NCBI GenBank assembly: GCA_031370645.1
Contig: JANMQV010000190.1
Span: 1 to 16,656 of the forward strand
Direction of reading: 5' to 3'
Origin: Candidatus Eiseniibacteriota bacterium
Lineage (GTDB): Bacteria > Eisenbacteria > RBG-16-71-46 > SZUA-252
DNA length: 16,656 bases
Below are positions 15,837-16,656 of the stretch, piece after piece. Within the stretch, counting starts at the first letter, position 1. Every line of letters starts with the position of its first letter. The notes below the pieces were generated by a model that was given only the letters and a program-made list of their open reading frames with translations, searched no databases and was not told the origin of the DNA. A program made the translations under genes and the position numbers.

Positions 15837-16601
15837 TCAGCCTCGGAGCAGGTATTCGACGGTGGTGACGACGCGGATGGTCTTCGTGATCTGCGCCTGC
15901 TCGCTCGTGCCGTTCCCGCCTTCGCTCCCGGCGGCGTCGCGTGGGAGGATGACGAAGACACCCTGATTCGCGCGATGAATGCCGCCGAGGTGGCTTTTCG
16001 AATCCTTGGCGAACTGCTCCGCCGCCTTCCGCGCCTCCGCCGTCGCTTCCGCGATCATGCTCGGCTTGAGGTCGTTCAAGCGGCGAAAGATGTACGACGG
16101 GCCGCCCGGCCCCCACTCGGGGCCCGAGGAGAGAACAACGCCCGCGTTCACCAGGTCGCCGACCTTCTGGCTCGCGGCCCGCACGACTTCGGGCTTCTCC
16201 GACCGGACCATGACGGTCTGCTGGATGACAAAGCGAGGACCCTGCCGCCCGCCCTGGTTGTAGGGGTTGGCGAAGGTGTCGGTGACGCGAAGGCCCTGGA
16301 GTTCTACTTCGGTTGAGTCGATGCCGTTCGCGTGGAGGAAGGCGATGACCTTCGCGACGTTTTGGTTCACGCGGCTTTGTGCCGCGGCGAGCTCGGCGTC
16401 GGGCACGGCGAGTTGAATCGGCCATAGCGCGAGATCGGCTTTCGCCTCTCGCTCGCTAACGCCCTTCACCGAGACGAAACGATCGGCCGTCCGAATATCG
16501 CGCACACCCGAACCGATGAACCAGCCGGCGAGCACGAGGCTTGCCGCAAGAAGTACCATTCCGAGGCCCATTCGCGCCGGGCGAGGCGATTCGGTAGTCA
16601 T
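15837..16601 (-). CDS. SIMPL domain (DUF541) periplasmic protein
   Basis: N-terminal TM, RFVSVKGVSEREAKADLALWP, LNDLKPSMIAEATAEARKAAEQFAKDS..LGGIHRANQGVF and KTIRVVTTVEYLL. ATG 16601 is preferred to 16610 because the latter lies within the -10 box. Confidence 0.92.
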   Translation of the reverse strand: MTTESPRPARMGLGMVLLAASLVLAGWFIGSGVRDIRTADRFVSVKGVSEREAKADLALWPIQLAVPDAELAAAQSRVNQNVAKVIAFLHANGIDSTEVELQGLRVTDTFANPYNQGGRQGPRFVIQQTVMVRSEKPEVVRAASQKVGDLVNAGVVLSSGPEWGPGGPSYIFRRLNDLKPSMIAEATAEARKAAEQFAKDSKSHLGGIHRANQGVFVILPRDAAGSEGGNGTSEQAQITKTIRVVTTVEYLLRG

Positions 16602-16608
16602 GGCGGGC

Positions 16609-16637
16609 ATTCTAGCGCGAAGGCGGCCGTTTGTCTC
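16609..16637 (-). promoter_or_regulatory. sigma70-type promoter of the SIMPL-SDR operon (GAGACA-N17-TAGAAT)
   Basis: Minus strand GAGACA (16637-16632), 17 nt, TAGAAT (16614-16609), 7 nt, ATG 16601. Confidence 0.6.
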
Positions 16638-16656
16638 GGGGAGGAACGAGCCGCCG

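Noticed and set aside
15832-16425. N-terminal extension of the SDR ORF (515 aa) suggesting a fusion
   Set aside because: Arg/Pro-rich alternative frame inside the SIMPL gene. SDR homology starts just after GTG 15831.

Overview
GC-rich bacterial chromosomal segment with 13 credible protein-coding genes. The left ~6.4 kb is housekeeping quinone/isoprenoid metabolism. It holds the 3' part of a classical (o-succinylbenzoate) menaquinone operon (menB partial-menA-menC-menE), a convergent menG/ubiE plus hotdog thioesterase (probable DHNA-CoA hydrolase) pair, and a divergent ispG. The middle has two divergently transcribed uncharacterised membrane proteins, each preceded by a sigma28 (FliA/SigD/WhiG)-type promoter (TAAA-N16-GCCGAT(A/C)(A/T)), followed by a Ser/Thr kinase-STAND ATPase-TPR fusion. 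The right part encodes a 1187-aa secreted protein with tandem Ig/cadherin-like repeats, including an apparently circularly permuted repeat, and a FlgD-Ig/T9SS-type C-terminal domain. An NAD-dependent epimerase/SDR and a SIMPL (DUF541) protein complete the window. Several operon-first genes have a -10 box 6-8 nt before the start codon, suggesting leaderless mRNAs. The C-terminal domain style hints at an FCB-related candidate phylum (e.g. Eisenbacteria), but this is inference only. No tRNA, rRNA, CRISPR or mobile element was seen.
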